64,000 nucleotides of DNA from Wickerhamiella versatilis (Eukaryota), in the NCBI GenBank assembly GCA_030867685.1, contig JAQOWU010000008.1, positions 186,001 to 250,000 of the forward strand, read 5' to 3'. A program made the position numbers and the translations under genes. The notes beneath the pieces are model-generated. The model was not told the origin of the DNA, did not search any database, and was given only the letters and a program-made list of their open reading frames with translations. This document shows positions 21,505-33,121 of this stretch, one piece after another. The number at the start of each line of letters is the position of its first letter. Position 1 is the first letter of the stretch.

Positions 21505-22887
21505 ATGAGCGATAAATCATTGGGTCGTATCTTGGCTGACCATGTTGTATCGATTAGTTACGAAAAACTGCCCGAGAAAGTAGTGGAAACAATTAAACGG
21601 TTCACCCTTGATACCTTGGGGGTTATCGTTGCCGCAGCAGGTGCGCCGGGAATGGCGGGGATGCAAGCAGCATTGACAGAATGGGAAACCGACGGACGTG
21701 CCACGTTGCTGCTCAGTGGCAAACGGGTCAGCCCAGTAACTGCAGTATTGGGCAACAGCTCAGCAGCGCATAGTCTTGACTTTGATGACTGCCACGACCC
21801 CTCGAGAGTTCACGCTTTTTGCGTTCTGGTCCCAGCAGTTTTGGCTGCAGCTGAAGCCAAAGGTAATACTAGCGGGAAGGATGCAATCACTGCGCTCACT
21901 GTGGGGGCCGAAGTATTCTGCCGGCTGGGCTCGACATGCTATAATTGCATGGATCTCGGATGGCACCCCACTACAACACTTGGAAACATAGCTGCAGCTG
22001 CGGCTGTTTCAAAACTATGGGGGCTCAATTCAGAGACAACAATGAATGCGATGGCACTGGCCTTTGTGCAGATGGGCGGTAGTACCCAGTTCATGGCAGA
22101 CAAAGTGCTGGCCAAGCGAGCTGGTCCCGGATTCGCAGCTCGTTCAGGAGTGCAAGCAGCACAGCTTGCCAAGCATGACATCACCGGACCGTACCGCTTC
22201 CTCGAGGGAGACTCCGGCCTGTTTAAGCTCTACCAGAAGGGTGAGGTGAAACCAGAAATATTGCTTGACGACTGGCAAAAGACGTGGAGACTTCTTGAGC
22301 TTAGTATGAAACCATGGCCATGTTGTCGGTGTACCCATACCATTATCCAATTGGCACTGCAGCTGCGTGAGCGCGGTATAAAGCCTGAGGACATCGAAGG
22401 TGGGACCATTTCGCTTGGCAAAGTAAATCAGAAGATAGTGGGCGCAAATTTCGATCAAACTCATCCAAACCCGACTGTTCATGCCCAGTTCAATGCATGT
22501 TATACTTTTGCCATTGCACTGGCCGATGGCACCGTGACTATTGAAAGCTTCACTCCGAAGCTCGTGCAGCGGGAGAGTGTCGCATGGGCCGAGCGACTGC
22601 GCTGCATTACCGACAAAGACATTCCTGATACTGCCATGCAACCTGCAAAGATTAGTCTGACCCTGAAAAATGGTGAGAAGGTGGATATTGCTAGCGACAC
22701 GATGAAAGGATCACCTGAGAACCCTATGAGCCGTGAGGAAGTTCTAGACAAATTCAGACGCAACTTGGCTGCTGGATGGAACACCAAACCTTCAGCCAGT
22801 GGTCCTCTGGAGCATGCGTTGCTTGACTTGGATCACCAGGAAAGTATCGATCATGTTATAAAGCTTATTCTAGACTGTCGTACTTGA
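21505..22887 (+). CDS. MmgE/PrpD family protein (bacterial-type)
   Basis: DTLGV, AHSLDFDDCH, GWHPT, KPWPCC..TH, KGSPENPMS.EEV..KF motifs. Confidence 0.9.
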   Translation: MSDKSLGRILADHVVSISYEKLPEKVVETIKRFTLDTLGVIVAAAGAPGMAGMQAALTEWETDGRATLLLSGKRVSPVTAVLGNSSAAHSLDFDDCHDPSRVHAFCVLVPAVLAAAEAKGNTSGKDAITALTVGAEVFCRLGSTCYNCMDLGWHPTTTLGNIAAAAAVSKLWGLNSETTMNAMALAFVQMGGSTQFMADKVLAKRAGPGFAARSGVQAAQLAKHDITGPYRFLEGDSGLFKLYQKGEVKPEILLDDWQKTWRLLELSMKPWPCCRCTHTIIQLALQLRERGIKPEDIEGGTISLGKVNQKIVGANFDQTHPNPTVHAQFNACYTFAIALADGTVTIESFTPKLVQRESVAWAERLRCITDKDIPDTAMQPAKISLTLKNGEKVDIASDTMKGSPENPMSREEVLDKFRRNLAAGWNTKPSASGPLEHALLDLDHQESIDHVIKLILDCRT

Positions 22888-23294
22888 ATTCCGCGTGATT
22901 AAGCTTAGAATACATCATTAGTCGGCAGGGCACTGTAAACCACTAAAAACTTACACAGTGAAATGGATATTTAATAGCTGGAAAGAGTCTCCTTATAGCC
23001 CGGTTCCAAAATTACAAGCAAATTAGAGATACACTGCTTGAATCAGTATAATACTTCCCATTTTCGACTCCGTATAGGCAAATTTTATTTCTGCGGAGCA
23101 AGCTGATTTTCGCCGATTTTCGCCATTGTTTAGTAAACTGTTTCAGCCTCTTATCTAAGAAAGCGTTAGTGGAACTAAGCTATTAATAACTTTCTCCACC
23201 CAGAATTCCGTATAAGTATTATTATTCGAGCAAGTTGCCCGTTCTATTCCGAAGCTTCGCGAAGCCATCTCATAATCCATTTATATTCCGGAAA

Positions 23295-24128
23295 ATGACA
23301 GGCACAACTCGAGGATTTGTGGTAGATACGCATGCGCACGTATTCACAAACCAGCTGCCAACTGTGGCTAATACCCGTTACGTGGTAAGCTACAGCGCAA
23401 CAAATAACATGTACGTTGAGATGCTTCATAATGAGGGCGCCCACTATGGTGTACTGGTTCAACCAAGCTTCCTGGGAAATGACAATAGCTTTCTTCTAGG
23501 TGCTATCGCCGAGCATCCAACGAGGTTCAAGGGCATAGCAATGATTGCACCATCGACACCCCTCGAAAATTTACGCAAGCTCTCAGCTGAAGGTATCGCA
23601 GGAGTGCGTCTAAATCTTGTGGGAAAGCCTGATCCGGATTTCTCCAATCCAGAGCTTCAGCACCTACTTAAGAATATAAAAGAACTGGATTGGCAAGTCG
23701 AAATACATGCGGAAAGCTCTCGTCTCCCAATCATTCTTCCAGGGCTGTTAGATGCTGGCGTCAAGATTGTTGTCGATCATTTTGGCAAGGTAAGTGAGCC
23801 AAAGGGGGTGGACTGTGATGGGTTCAAGTATCTTTTGAGCACCGCTAAAACTGGAAGGGTCTGGGTTAAAATTTCTGCGTGGTACCGCTTGTCAAAGTCG
23901 CATATTGTTGCGCTGAAGTTAGCCAAGGAGGCAACTAAAGAGTTGTTGCTTCACTTTGGTCCTCAGCGACTGCTCTATGGAAGTGATTGGCCACACACCC
24001 AGCATGAAAATTATCCTTCTGTGGATACATGCCGCGTTATATTTGATGAACTTGTCCCGAACGCTAGTGACCGAGAAATAATCCTGTCATCCACACCTAT
24101 ACAACTCTTCGGATTCCAATCTTCATAA
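23295..24128 (+). CDS. Amidohydrolase_2 family protein, LigI/PDC-lactonase-like (bacterial-type)
   Basis: DTHAHVF, VLVQPSFLGNDNS, GVRLN, VVDHFG, WVKISA.YR, GSDWPHT; first ATG 23295. Confidence 0.88.
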   Translation: MTGTTRGFVVDTHAHVFTNQLPTVANTRYVVSYSATNNMYVEMLHNEGAHYGVLVQPSFLGNDNSFLLGAIAEHPTRFKGIAMIAPSTPLENLRKLSAEGIAGVRLNLVGKPDPDFSNPELQHLLKNIKELDWQVEIHAESSRLPIILPGLLDAGVKIVVDHFGKVSEPKGVDCDGFKYLLSTAKTGRVWVKISAWYRLSKSHIVALKLAKEATKELLLHFGPQRLLYGSDWPHTQHENYPSVDTCRVIFDELVPNASDREIILSSTPIQLFGFQSS

Positions 24129-24276
24129 CCATTTTGAGAATTACCTCCCTTAGGAATTATATGCTTACATTTATTCTCGTAGACTAAGCCAAATTTGATC
24201 ACGCTTTTTCAAGGATTGCTGTGCACGCATATCGAGTTTTCACCTCAAAAGATTCTTGATTATAGAATTAATTAAC

Positions 24277-25692
24277 TTAAACATTGGCCCAGATTTTATT
24301 CTTTGAATGAATTTGGCGGCAGATTATCATTGTTACCAAGGCAAGTATGTAAAGACAACCGGCATAAAGCTTGACAAATGTCCATCCCTGCATCTCAGCA
24401 AGCATTCCACTGAAAGGGGCACCTAATATTGTCCCACCTCCTGCAAACAGCTGAGTTACACTCATGCGAATACCAAGTCTTGTGGGGTCCTCAGTTAGTT
24501 TGGCAGTTACTATTGACGGCATCGAGATAGCTGGAGCTGAGACGCACCCAAAAAGCAAGCCAATGGCGACCAATCCACCCCATTGATATGATGAATGAGC
24601 CGCAAACCAGGACCATGCTACTATAAGTGATAGTATGGTTGATACCACTGAAACATTGAGTGGCCCGTATTTTGCAGCTAGTATTCCAGGAACACTCCGT
24701 CCAACAACAGCACCAGCATTTACTATCGCTGTCATATAATAGAAAACTTCATAATTCAAATGTTTATGGTCTTGTCTTTGCTGCATCTGTTCTGCTGGGT
24801 CATTGGGAATTAGACTGACGCAATAAGCTTGATATTGAAACATAAAGCTATACAGAGCTGCCATGGTGGCTAAAATACCAATTCCATATGCCATGAATGC
24901 CGGTTCAGTAAATGCTTCCCAGCCCAAGATGTTGGTCCTAGTTGTCGGGGGTAGTCGTCGTCGAGTTAACATGAATGAACACAGAGATAAAAAAAGACAA
25001 ATAAATCCGATAATTCGTGCAGCCCACCGAAAATCCAAGGCATTCATAAAAGTCCGCGCAAGAATCGAAAATACCACGCCACCTACGGCTGATCCAGTTG
25101 TGCCCAAGCAAATGGCAATGGGTCGCTTTGTCGAGAACATTGGGGCAACTAAAGTCATAGAAGAAAGAAATACGCATGAGGATGTGAGACCAGTGATAAG
25201 GCCTTGAACAACCATAAATTCGGAATACGTTTTACACAAGGACAGCATCTCACCGCAGAGACACATCATAAAGGAGCCCACAAAGGACATCTCACGCTGA
25301 TACCCTAGGTCGCATAAAAATCCAAAGAAAAAATTAGAAAACATCACTAAACATGCTGCTAAGGATCCTATCCAGGCTACTCTGCTTGAAGACTCATTAG
25401 CGAGCACGCCCCCTGGTGCTCGAAGCTGTTGTTCGTAAACACCAAACATGTTAACAACACCCCATGAGCACATATTGGACATAAACATCGCCAGTGACTG
25501 TCTCCAAGCTACCCAACCACCATCTGGAGGTTCACCGGGTTCGAACTTTTCCCGCTTAGGCAAAAAAAGGCCCTTGAAAACCCCATCGTCAATGTGATCC
25601 TTATAGCGAGGCTTTTCTTGAAGTCCAGTGGGACTAATGTTGCTTTCAGAATAATCAGCGCTATCACTCAGTGAACTTTGTTTTTCTTGCAT
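24277..25692 (-). CDS. MFS monocarboxylate-porter (Mch-like) transporter
   Basis: PPDGGWVAW, WG..N.FGVY, AWIGS motifs; about 12 hydrophobic segments; first ATG 25692. Confidence 0.88.
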   Translation of the reverse strand: MQEKQSSLSDSADYSESNISPTGLQEKPRYKDHIDDGVFKGLFLPKREKFEPGEPPDGGWVAWRQSLAMFMSNMCSWGVVNMFGVYEQQLRAPGGVLANESSSRVAWIGSLAACLVMFSNFFFGFLCDLGYQREMSFVGSFMMCLCGEMLSLCKTYSEFMVVQGLITGLTSSCVFLSSMTLVAPMFSTKRPIAICLGTTGSAVGGVVFSILARTFMNALDFRWAARIIGFICLFLSLCSFMLTRRRLPPTTRTNILGWEAFTEPAFMAYGIGILATMAALYSFMFQYQAYCVSLIPNDPAEQMQQRQDHKHLNYEVFYYMTAIVNAGAVVGRSVPGILAAKYGPLNVSVVSTILSLIVAWSWFAAHSSYQWGGLVAIGLLFGCVSAPAISMPSIVTAKLTEDPTRLGIRMSVTQLFAGGGTILGAPFSGMLAEMQGWTFVKLYAGCLYILALVTMIICRQIHSKNKIWANV

Positions 25693-26439
25693 AGTTGCAT
25701 TTGGAATCCGTATCTCTCGCACTATCTTAATACGACCGACCCTTAACCTTGACTTTTACAAAGTCAGCTAGTGCATTGAGTGCAGCCAGTGCATCAATTC
25801 GTATTTAAAACTCTTAAATGAGCTATTCATTTGCCTTTTATCTTAATCATCCTATCAAATCGTCCATAGCGTTGAAGAGGAGCCATTACATATATTCTCC
25901 ACATCATCCAACGTAAGATTACCCCGGAACTATTGTCATCATGTAGGTACTTCGGAGATATATATGTTCAGTTGAGCTTAAGAAACTTAGCATTTTTGAA
26001 TATATAATGGCTAGTTAAATTCAAATACCTGGTCTTGTGATAGCTATATGAAAAGTGTTAGCAATAATGGCGAAAGCATGATAGATCTGCTCCCTTACTC
26101 AGATTATCTGCAAGTTATCTGGTGAGGAAAGAAGGTACAAAACAGTAGCTTGCAGGTTCCAAACCTTTCCATATGTGAAATACCTGGAAGGAGATTTGGA
26201 TAAACAACTTCTTTAATGTATATGATATAGGCCTGTAGTCGATCAATACAGCTAATGAATGGTTTTCAAATCAAGAGCTAGTAATATAACAATAATGCTA
26301 TTTTTGTCACAAAATTCACCTTTACTTTGTCTTCCCATAAACGCAATTCTAGTCTTTGAGCGAATGAATCTTCCTGGAGAGGGGGCGTTTGGATAATGAT
26401 GATGACTCACTCTCACCTGAACTCGACCCCGCTCGACTG

Positions 26440-27325
26440 ATGTGTATACTCCTTGTGAGTACTAACCACCCACAATAGTAAGTACAAAGTGGCTTATTCT
26501 AGCTAGAAGGAGTTACTGACCAATATGAAAAGCTCATTAGTGCTTCTCGACAACAGAGATGAAGTGCTCTCGCGGCCCACCGCACCCGCACACTGGTGGC
26601 AAGACAGTGATGTCTTTGCTCCACAAGATTTGCAACGAAGTGAGAAGGGCACCTGGATCGGCATTACAAGAAGTGGTCGATTTTCTGTGCTTGTAAACTT
26701 ATATGAGGATACCTCTTATCCGAAACTGGCAAAGATATCACGGGGAGCACTTCCTAGACAGTTCTTAGAATCTCAGCTTTCTCCATGTGAATGGGTCCTA
26801 CATATGAAGTCGCAGTGTGCCAAGGAACTCGCTCTATGCGGCGGTTTCACTCTAGTTGTAGGCACTGTAGACCCAGATACTCTTAAGGTTGAACTGGATA
26901 TTCTGTCAAATATTGAGGATAACAAAGCAATATTTCCAGATTTGACTGCTACGTTTACACTATCTAATGGGTGTGATAATGACCGTTCATGGACCAAACG
27001 AGATGACCTTTACTCCCTCTATCAACCGCTGCTAAAAGTATCTGATCATGACAAATTTAATGATTTGGCGTTGAATGTCTTACAAACATTGAAATCGCCT
27101 TCACCCACAGTCCGTGGTGAGCTGAGAAGACACATTTTCATACCTGCATTCAATACAGAGGCGGGTGCTTATGGTACTAAAACACAGACTATTATCACGG
27201 TAGATAGATCAGGACTTGTCACATATAATGAATATGATGTGTTGTCCAGCCGTTTATCAGTTGAGCAATTCTCGCTAAGCCGGTATGATAATACAAACAG
27301 CAGCAATCAGGCGTCAGCAATTTGA
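26440..27325 (+). CDS. TANGO2/NRDE family protein (two exons: 26440-26477 and 26533-27325)
   Basis: Splicing restores the canonical MCI... N-terminus (MCILLVSTNHPQYSLVLLDNRDE); GTWIGI, SRG.LP, YGT.TQT motifs. Confidence 0.88.
26478..26532 (+). other. Spliceosomal intron (55 nt)
   Basis: GTAAGT donor, TACTGAC branch point at 26514-26520, AAG acceptor; removal joins the exons in frame. Confidence 0.85.
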
Positions 27326-28286
27326 AAGAAAACCTTGTAGTTTACAGCATTATAACAGCGCGATTGATTTATGTTGGGTGCAACATTTTAGCAATCGTTG
27401 ATTCTAAGCCTTAGCGCTAAAAACATTATGCCTGATAACGACTAGTGAAGCAGGCTCTGTATGATATCTCAAACTAGTAGCAATATCATCGACTAATAAG
27501 GTCTAGGTGAGATTGGTCACAATTTTGGAATATTCCTTATAACTATGAAATACTGGTCTCCAAAGCTTCCACGATGATATACAAATATGAAGACAAAGAA
27601 ACCAAAAACATGGATGCTAAGCAACAACTTTCAAAATCATTCCTAGTCACTGACATTTTGGACGGATAGCATGACACGAAGAAATCATTGCTTGTGTAAT
27701 CCGTACTCGCACTGGTCGCACTGTTGTTCAACTTCCTGTTATCCTTCTATTTGCATAGCAATTGGGATATTTTCAGCTCTCCTGGATAATAGAATTAAAT
27801 ATTTACATGGATTTTAAATGCGTTTCATTATCTTCCAGGCGATTGAAGTTGGACTGTTCTCACAGGGGTTTGATCCTAGGACCATCGGACGGGTAATGTA
27901 TCCAATAATTACAATAAAGCCCAAATTGCAATGTAAACCTACTGCAGGAAGTCTTCTCAGGTCTAAAACATACCACTAACCAGCTCCGTGTATCAAAGTA
28001 TCTTAATCATCCAAGCACGTGGGCATATACATCATGAGAAAAGTATATCAAAGATGCATAACAAGAAAGTGTATTGCACATGTTATCTGCAAAACCAATT
28101 GGGTCGCTTCAAAATTTGTCATTATACTTACTACCCATCTTCTGCTTGAACCAGCATAAATTCACCTTATCACAATAAAATCAAATAATCATATTACGTT
28201 AGCCATCTTTAAATATAACCGTTTCGGTGGTGGAAAAATCAGACGAGTGAAAAGTAGTACACTGGTAATAATCGCCTCTGTATGTT

Positions 28287-29399
28287 ATGAGTTTTATTGA
28301 GACGTCTTTCGAACTTGACCGTCGGCGTAAATACTTTCGACATGGACAAGGAGTCACAGGACACTTTCGACTGCGGAGCACGAAAGACATATCTGTAAAT
28401 CGGATTGAGGCTAGTTTGCTGTGTGAAGAATTCGCAGGAATCTCGCTTGGATTCACGTCTGAACCATACCAAACTTACAAGAACTATTCTAAAGCCCAAA
28501 ACATAATACACTACTCATCCAAGAAACAGCAGCTTTTTCCAAGCCCACAGCTTTTAAACATTACGAACAATAAGCAGAAGCAAAGGGATTTTAAAATCAC
28601 CAGTGGAACCCATTGCTTCAATTTTTCATTCAAGATACCGAGGAAATACAATCTCACCAGCGCCAATTGGGATGGAGGAAACTATACTGTATCATGGAAA
28701 ATCGAGGCTAAAATTGTCTCTAATGAGTTTGGTAGTAGAGGTCTTATTTCTTTTATGCCACTAGCAGTCGTCACGCCAACTAGCTTGATTTCTCAAGGTC
28801 ACTCTCAGCAGTCTGCGGAGCATGCAATTCTGAAATTGCGCTCGAAAGATATAGGGGTGAGGACTCAAAGTCTTTTCAAAAGAGACTCAGGGCAACGTAA
28901 AATACCAATGAAAGTTGAGTTGACAACGCCATCTTTGGGACTCCAGCAGTCTCCTTTAACAATGGGGGCTCAAGTATTAATTACTTATCCCGATACCGAG
29001 GTGCTTCGTTTGAAATCATTCTCTATATATTTGAAAGAGAAGACAAAGTATACTCTCAATGGTGACAGCATTAGTTCCATTCAAAGTATGGACTATCGCA
29101 TACTGGTCTCAAATCCAGATATTGCCCTCAAGGGTGGAGTCAATAGACTTGATGATATATTGAGTGAGACTAAAATTTCTTTTAGACTGGCAGGATCTGC
29201 TCAAACGGAGTTGATACAACGCACATACGCTCTGAAGTTTGAGATAACAATTTGCGATTCAGGTGCCCGAGACATTATGGGTACGATCCGCTTAAAATTT
29301 CCTGTCACTGTTCAAAGCCCTCTAACATCTTATGCTATTTCAAAACTTCCTGAAAATGAAGAGCAATTACCACGCTATACAGTGGACACTTCGGGATAG
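28287..29399 (+). CDS. Divergent arrestin-fold protein
   Basis: G..V.G at the N-terminus, G.H.FNFSFKIP, beta-rich, C-terminal LPRY (PY-like motif). Confidence 0.65.
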   Translation: MSFIETSFELDRRRKYFRHGQGVTGHFRLRSTKDISVNRIEASLLCEEFAGISLGFTSEPYQTYKNYSKAQNIIHYSSKKQQLFPSPQLLNITNNKQKQRDFKITSGTHCFNFSFKIPRKYNLTSANWDGGNYTVSWKIEAKIVSNEFGSRGLISFMPLAVVTPTSLISQGHSQQSAEHAILKLRSKDIGVRTQSLFKRDSGQRKIPMKVELTTPSLGLQQSPLTMGAQVLITYPDTEVLRLKSFSIYLKEKTKYTLNGDSISSIQSMDYRILVSNPDIALKGGVNRLDDILSETKISFRLAGSAQTELIQRTYALKFEITICDSGARDIMGTIRLKFPVTVQSPLTSYAISKLPENEEQLPRYTVDTSG

Positions 29400-29554
29400 T
29401 AAAACGGGGTAAGCAGGCAAGGCCGAACTAGGTTTTTGATTCGCAAAAAAGCATACCGGACTACTATTCATAGATTTTTTGACGATGGTAGTGTTGAATT
29501 TCGTTAAATAAATTCTATACAGCTATAGGCAACAGAAATAATACTAAATACCAA

Positions 29555-31408
29555 TCAAGAATCAGGTAAGACTGGGTCTTCCATTCCAATAGCAAGATCT
29601 TCATCAAATAAAATATCCCATATGTTCTCTTCATTCAACTCATTCTGAAGCTCCGAGAATGTAGGTTCTTGCAAGAAGCCTAGGTCGGAACTTGGGCAGA
29701 TTCCGCCTATATCGGAGATAGATTCCAGGGGCTCGCTCTTGTCTGGATTGAAATGGGTCCATAATTTCTCAGCAATCAATATCAATGACTTTGAAAAAGT
29801 CTGATTGTTATATGTAGGTAATTCTGACATAGTCCTTGCAGCAGTGCGAATGTAGCCAATCACTTCCTCTATTTCACCCACATTCGAGTACAATGATCCC
29901 GTTAGCAGAGTCTTTACTAAAAATACTGAAGCATGAAGCAATCTCGTGATCCACTGAATCGGTGAATAAGCCAGCTCTACAGGAATATCACTAGAAGATT
30001 CATGGGTAATAATAGACTTGGCCGCCTCAACAGCAATACTTGAGAATTTATATCGTTCTCGCCACATAAAAAGTTTCTTTGTATCTTGAGCATTCCACGA
30101 ACTGAAAGCCAAGGAAAATATGTATAGCTGCACATGCGAAAATTCGAAATAGGTTGTGCGCGCAGCCCATGAATTACCTCTTAAGCTTTCAGCATACTCC
30201 TCCCTCCACTTTTCTACCAATGGATGGATTAAGTTAAGAGCAGTAATGCATTGACCACTGGCAACAAGATGACGAGCTTCAGTACGAGATCGATATAAGT
30301 AGTTGTTAGCAAGCTGCAATAGCTTAACCAAGCCAAGTCTAGCTCTATCGAAAATTGGCAGTTGTTCCACTATTTCTCTTGGAAACTCTTCTTCACTACT
30401 GGCCATAAGATCTAGCATAGGCATTCGCCCCAACCGGATCGCTAAGAGATAGTCACAAAAATGCAAGGCAATATTTACTCTTGCATTGCAATGTGAAAGC
30501 CCAACGTAGTGTGCTAAACGCACAGCTTGTCCCATCAGTGGCCAACAGATACGCGTATGCTTTTTAAAAATTTCTCCAGGAAACTGCTCATTGTAGAGCA
30601 ATGCCCCAGGTGCATGTTCACAAAGAATGGTGACAGCAAAAATCACACTGCTAGCCTGGTCGTCAGAACAATCCCACAAGAGATTTGTCAATGTATATTG
30701 TGTATACTGCCAAAGCTTTCTATGAACCGACTGAAATGATTGATCTTTACGACAAGTAGCACCTATAGTACATATCACAGTCAGCAAAGCTGGCTCTGAT
30801 GCAAGTCTGGTAATATCCTCGTACTCCCAAGGTGCCTCAGTGACATAAAAAGGGGCGATTTTTACGAAGAAAAATTCCACCATGCAAGTAACATCTTCAG
30901 GAGTTAATACTTTGTCCATAACAATGGCAGAATTTTCTACAGCCGTTCTTCGGACTGGCTTCAACCTTTGAGAATTCGTATGTTGTTGTGAATCAAGGAT
31001 ATCTTGCAGGCGGGGATCGTCGTCCTTCGACAGTGTAGGACGAGCGAGAGGTTTCTGCGATGAAGCAGTTTTAAGGATATCAATGGCATCACTAGCGCTA
31101 TATACTTCATTCTCAAAAACGTCACTTTCTGGTAGTACCTTTTTCGCTTTTCGCACTCGAGAAGTTGATTGATTTGTTTTCCTCATTCCATTGCCATACT
31201 TTCGCATTCTACCTGCCATAACATTAGAGAATCCACCTCTCCTGTCAGCCCTTGGCAATTCACACTTAAGATGTTCTTTTCGGCAGCGTTTGCGACAGTT
31301 CAAACAAGCATTCCGCGGCTTCTTACCATTGTTTTGGTTATCGTTCGACACCACAAATTGGCCTTCTGGATACCTCATAGTCTCATCAACTTTTACATTT
31401 TGGTTCAT
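29555..31408 (-). CDS. Aro80-like Zn2Cys6 transcription factor with an internally deleted zinc cluster
   Basis: RNACLNCRKRCRKEHLKC..RRGG retains only four Cys; fungal TF middle region follows; first ATG 31408. Confidence 0.7.
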   Translation of the reverse strand: MNQNVKVDETMRYPEGQFVVSNDNQNNGKKPRNACLNCRKRCRKEHLKCELPRADRRGGFSNVMAGRMRKYGNGMRKTNQSTSRVRKAKKVLPESDVFENEVYSASDAIDILKTASSQKPLARPTLSKDDDPRLQDILDSQQHTNSQRLKPVRRTAVENSAIVMDKVLTPEDVTCMVEFFFVKIAPFYVTEAPWEYEDITRLASEPALLTVICTIGATCRKDQSFQSVHRKLWQYTQYTLTNLLWDCSDDQASSVIFAVTILCEHAPGALLYNEQFPGEIFKKHTRICWPLMGQAVRLAHYVGLSHCNARVNIALHFCDYLLAIRLGRMPMLDLMASSEEEFPREIVEQLPIFDRARLGLVKLLQLANNYLYRSRTEARHLVASGQCITALNLIHPLVEKWREEYAESLRGNSWAARTTYFEFSHVQLYIFSLAFSSWNAQDTKKLFMWRERYKFSSIAVEAAKSIITHESSSDIPVELAYSPIQWITRLLHASVFLVKTLLTGSLYSNVGEIEEVIGYIRTAARTMSELPTYNNQTFSKSLILIAEKLWTHFNPDKSEPLESISDIGGICPSSDLGFLQEPTFSELQNELNEENIWDILFDEDLAIGMEDPVLPDS

Positions 31409-33121
31409 CAATCACGACTGGCGAATCGTACTATTAGTAATAAATATATCCTATCTCAGGTTGTGAAGTGGGCTATCTATGAGTAAACGAAGAAAACAGG
31501 ATTATCTCCAGCAAGAGCCTAGATCTTACAGTATATGAGATGATACCCAAAGTACTATGATGAGCAGCTGGTTTGATTGCTAATAGACCTCATTGTGTGC
31601 TACATTTTTATCCCACAATCGTCAGATACCATCACCAGTTCTTAATAGAAACTCATCATTCCAGGTATGCAGGTAATGATAATTTGCGCTTTCTTGAGTT
31701 TAAAATGAATATAACTCGGATCAGCTATTAGTTCAAAATATTCACAGTACGAATTTGCTTGTCCAAAAAAATCGACATGGAGTGTCTTCAAAATTTAGAC
31801 GGTTAAGACAAGGATCATATATAATTTGCAGTTATGCTTCTCGCATCTGTGGACTATCTCTCCACATTTGACATTAGAACCCAATCATCAAGCCTAGGCT
31901 GCTATCAGCAAGGGTTGACTTTTGATAGTAACATATTGAAATAAAGAAAAGAGCCTTCTGGATTGACTTATGGGCAAAACGCTACACAGCAATTATTGTC
32001 GAGTTTACAAGCGCAGAAGTTTCTGGATGAGAACTAAAATAAGGTACGTTAAAGAAATTTAGCTAAGAATATTCTATACTAACCATGGTTCCAGCTTTGA
32101 CGAAGTGTATTATTTTTCTCAAATCATCTCCTAATATATGACTTACATATGTATATATTCTTTCGTTGATCGAAAGACTGCGACATGAATATTGCTCCTT
32201 GAAATCAGGGATAACAAGTATGGGATTGATTCTTGTTCACATAACCATTGGAGGATTACCATACTAATTTTTTCTCATCTTTACTAGTCTTTCGCTCCCG
32301 ATAACCACAGCAAAAATTGTCAGCTGGACTCAATGTTTTCCTAGATCGAGTAGCTTTCTGATGCATTTAGCTTTTGAGTCAGTATAATAAATACGAGCAA
32401 GATAGAGGGGGAATCTTCACAGTTTGAGTTATGGTGGATATCTCTAATAAATGAGACATCTAAAGTAGATATTCCATAGTGGGATAATAGTATTTTATAT
32501 TTTATGTGGATATATTTCGTCTATTTTGTTTTCTTTCTGCGCGATATAAATGCCATCAGTGGGATTACCCCCAAGTTCTTCCAGCATAGTAGCATTATGA
32601 CAGATTGGAAAAAACATATATTTTTGAAGCATTTGGAATACTTCTTAATACTTTTTCAAATATATATTCGAATCAGAAGAATGAGTTGCAACTATACATA
32701 GTGTGTCCTTCGTGCATGAACCGATCATGCCAGATCTCCCATCAATTTATTGATAAATATATCGATGATTGCAATGGAGAGATAACAGCAAAGTACGATC
32801 GTTTCCCGATGGTCAACATCATATTATGTGAAAAGATTTGAATTTCACTGGGCTAGGAACACGAAAATGTGCCGATATTGAAATTTGAAGATCGGCACAT
32901 AAAAGACAATTTAATTGCCGTTAAATACATTTAATACAATAGAAAATAATAAGTCCCCCAAAGTTTTTCTACATAAACTTATATGCCCATCTAATTGGAA
33001 AAAAAAATAGCAGCGCTTATCTCGTCCCGTCGCCCTATCTCATGTTACTAAGAAGAGATTACGATTGTTGCTGTCGTAGGTATAAAAGGAGACTACTACT
33101 CTAGTTACTACTATCAAAATA

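Noticed and set aside
26525-27325. ORF-track start at ATG 26525 for the NRDE protein
   Set aside because: This ATG lies inside the intron; the spliced start at 26440 restores the conserved MCI N-terminus
27543-28140. Possible decayed RTA1-like gene on the minus strand (fragment GFIVIIGYITR)
   Set aside because: Only one short motif-like match among many stops; cannot be supported without an alignment
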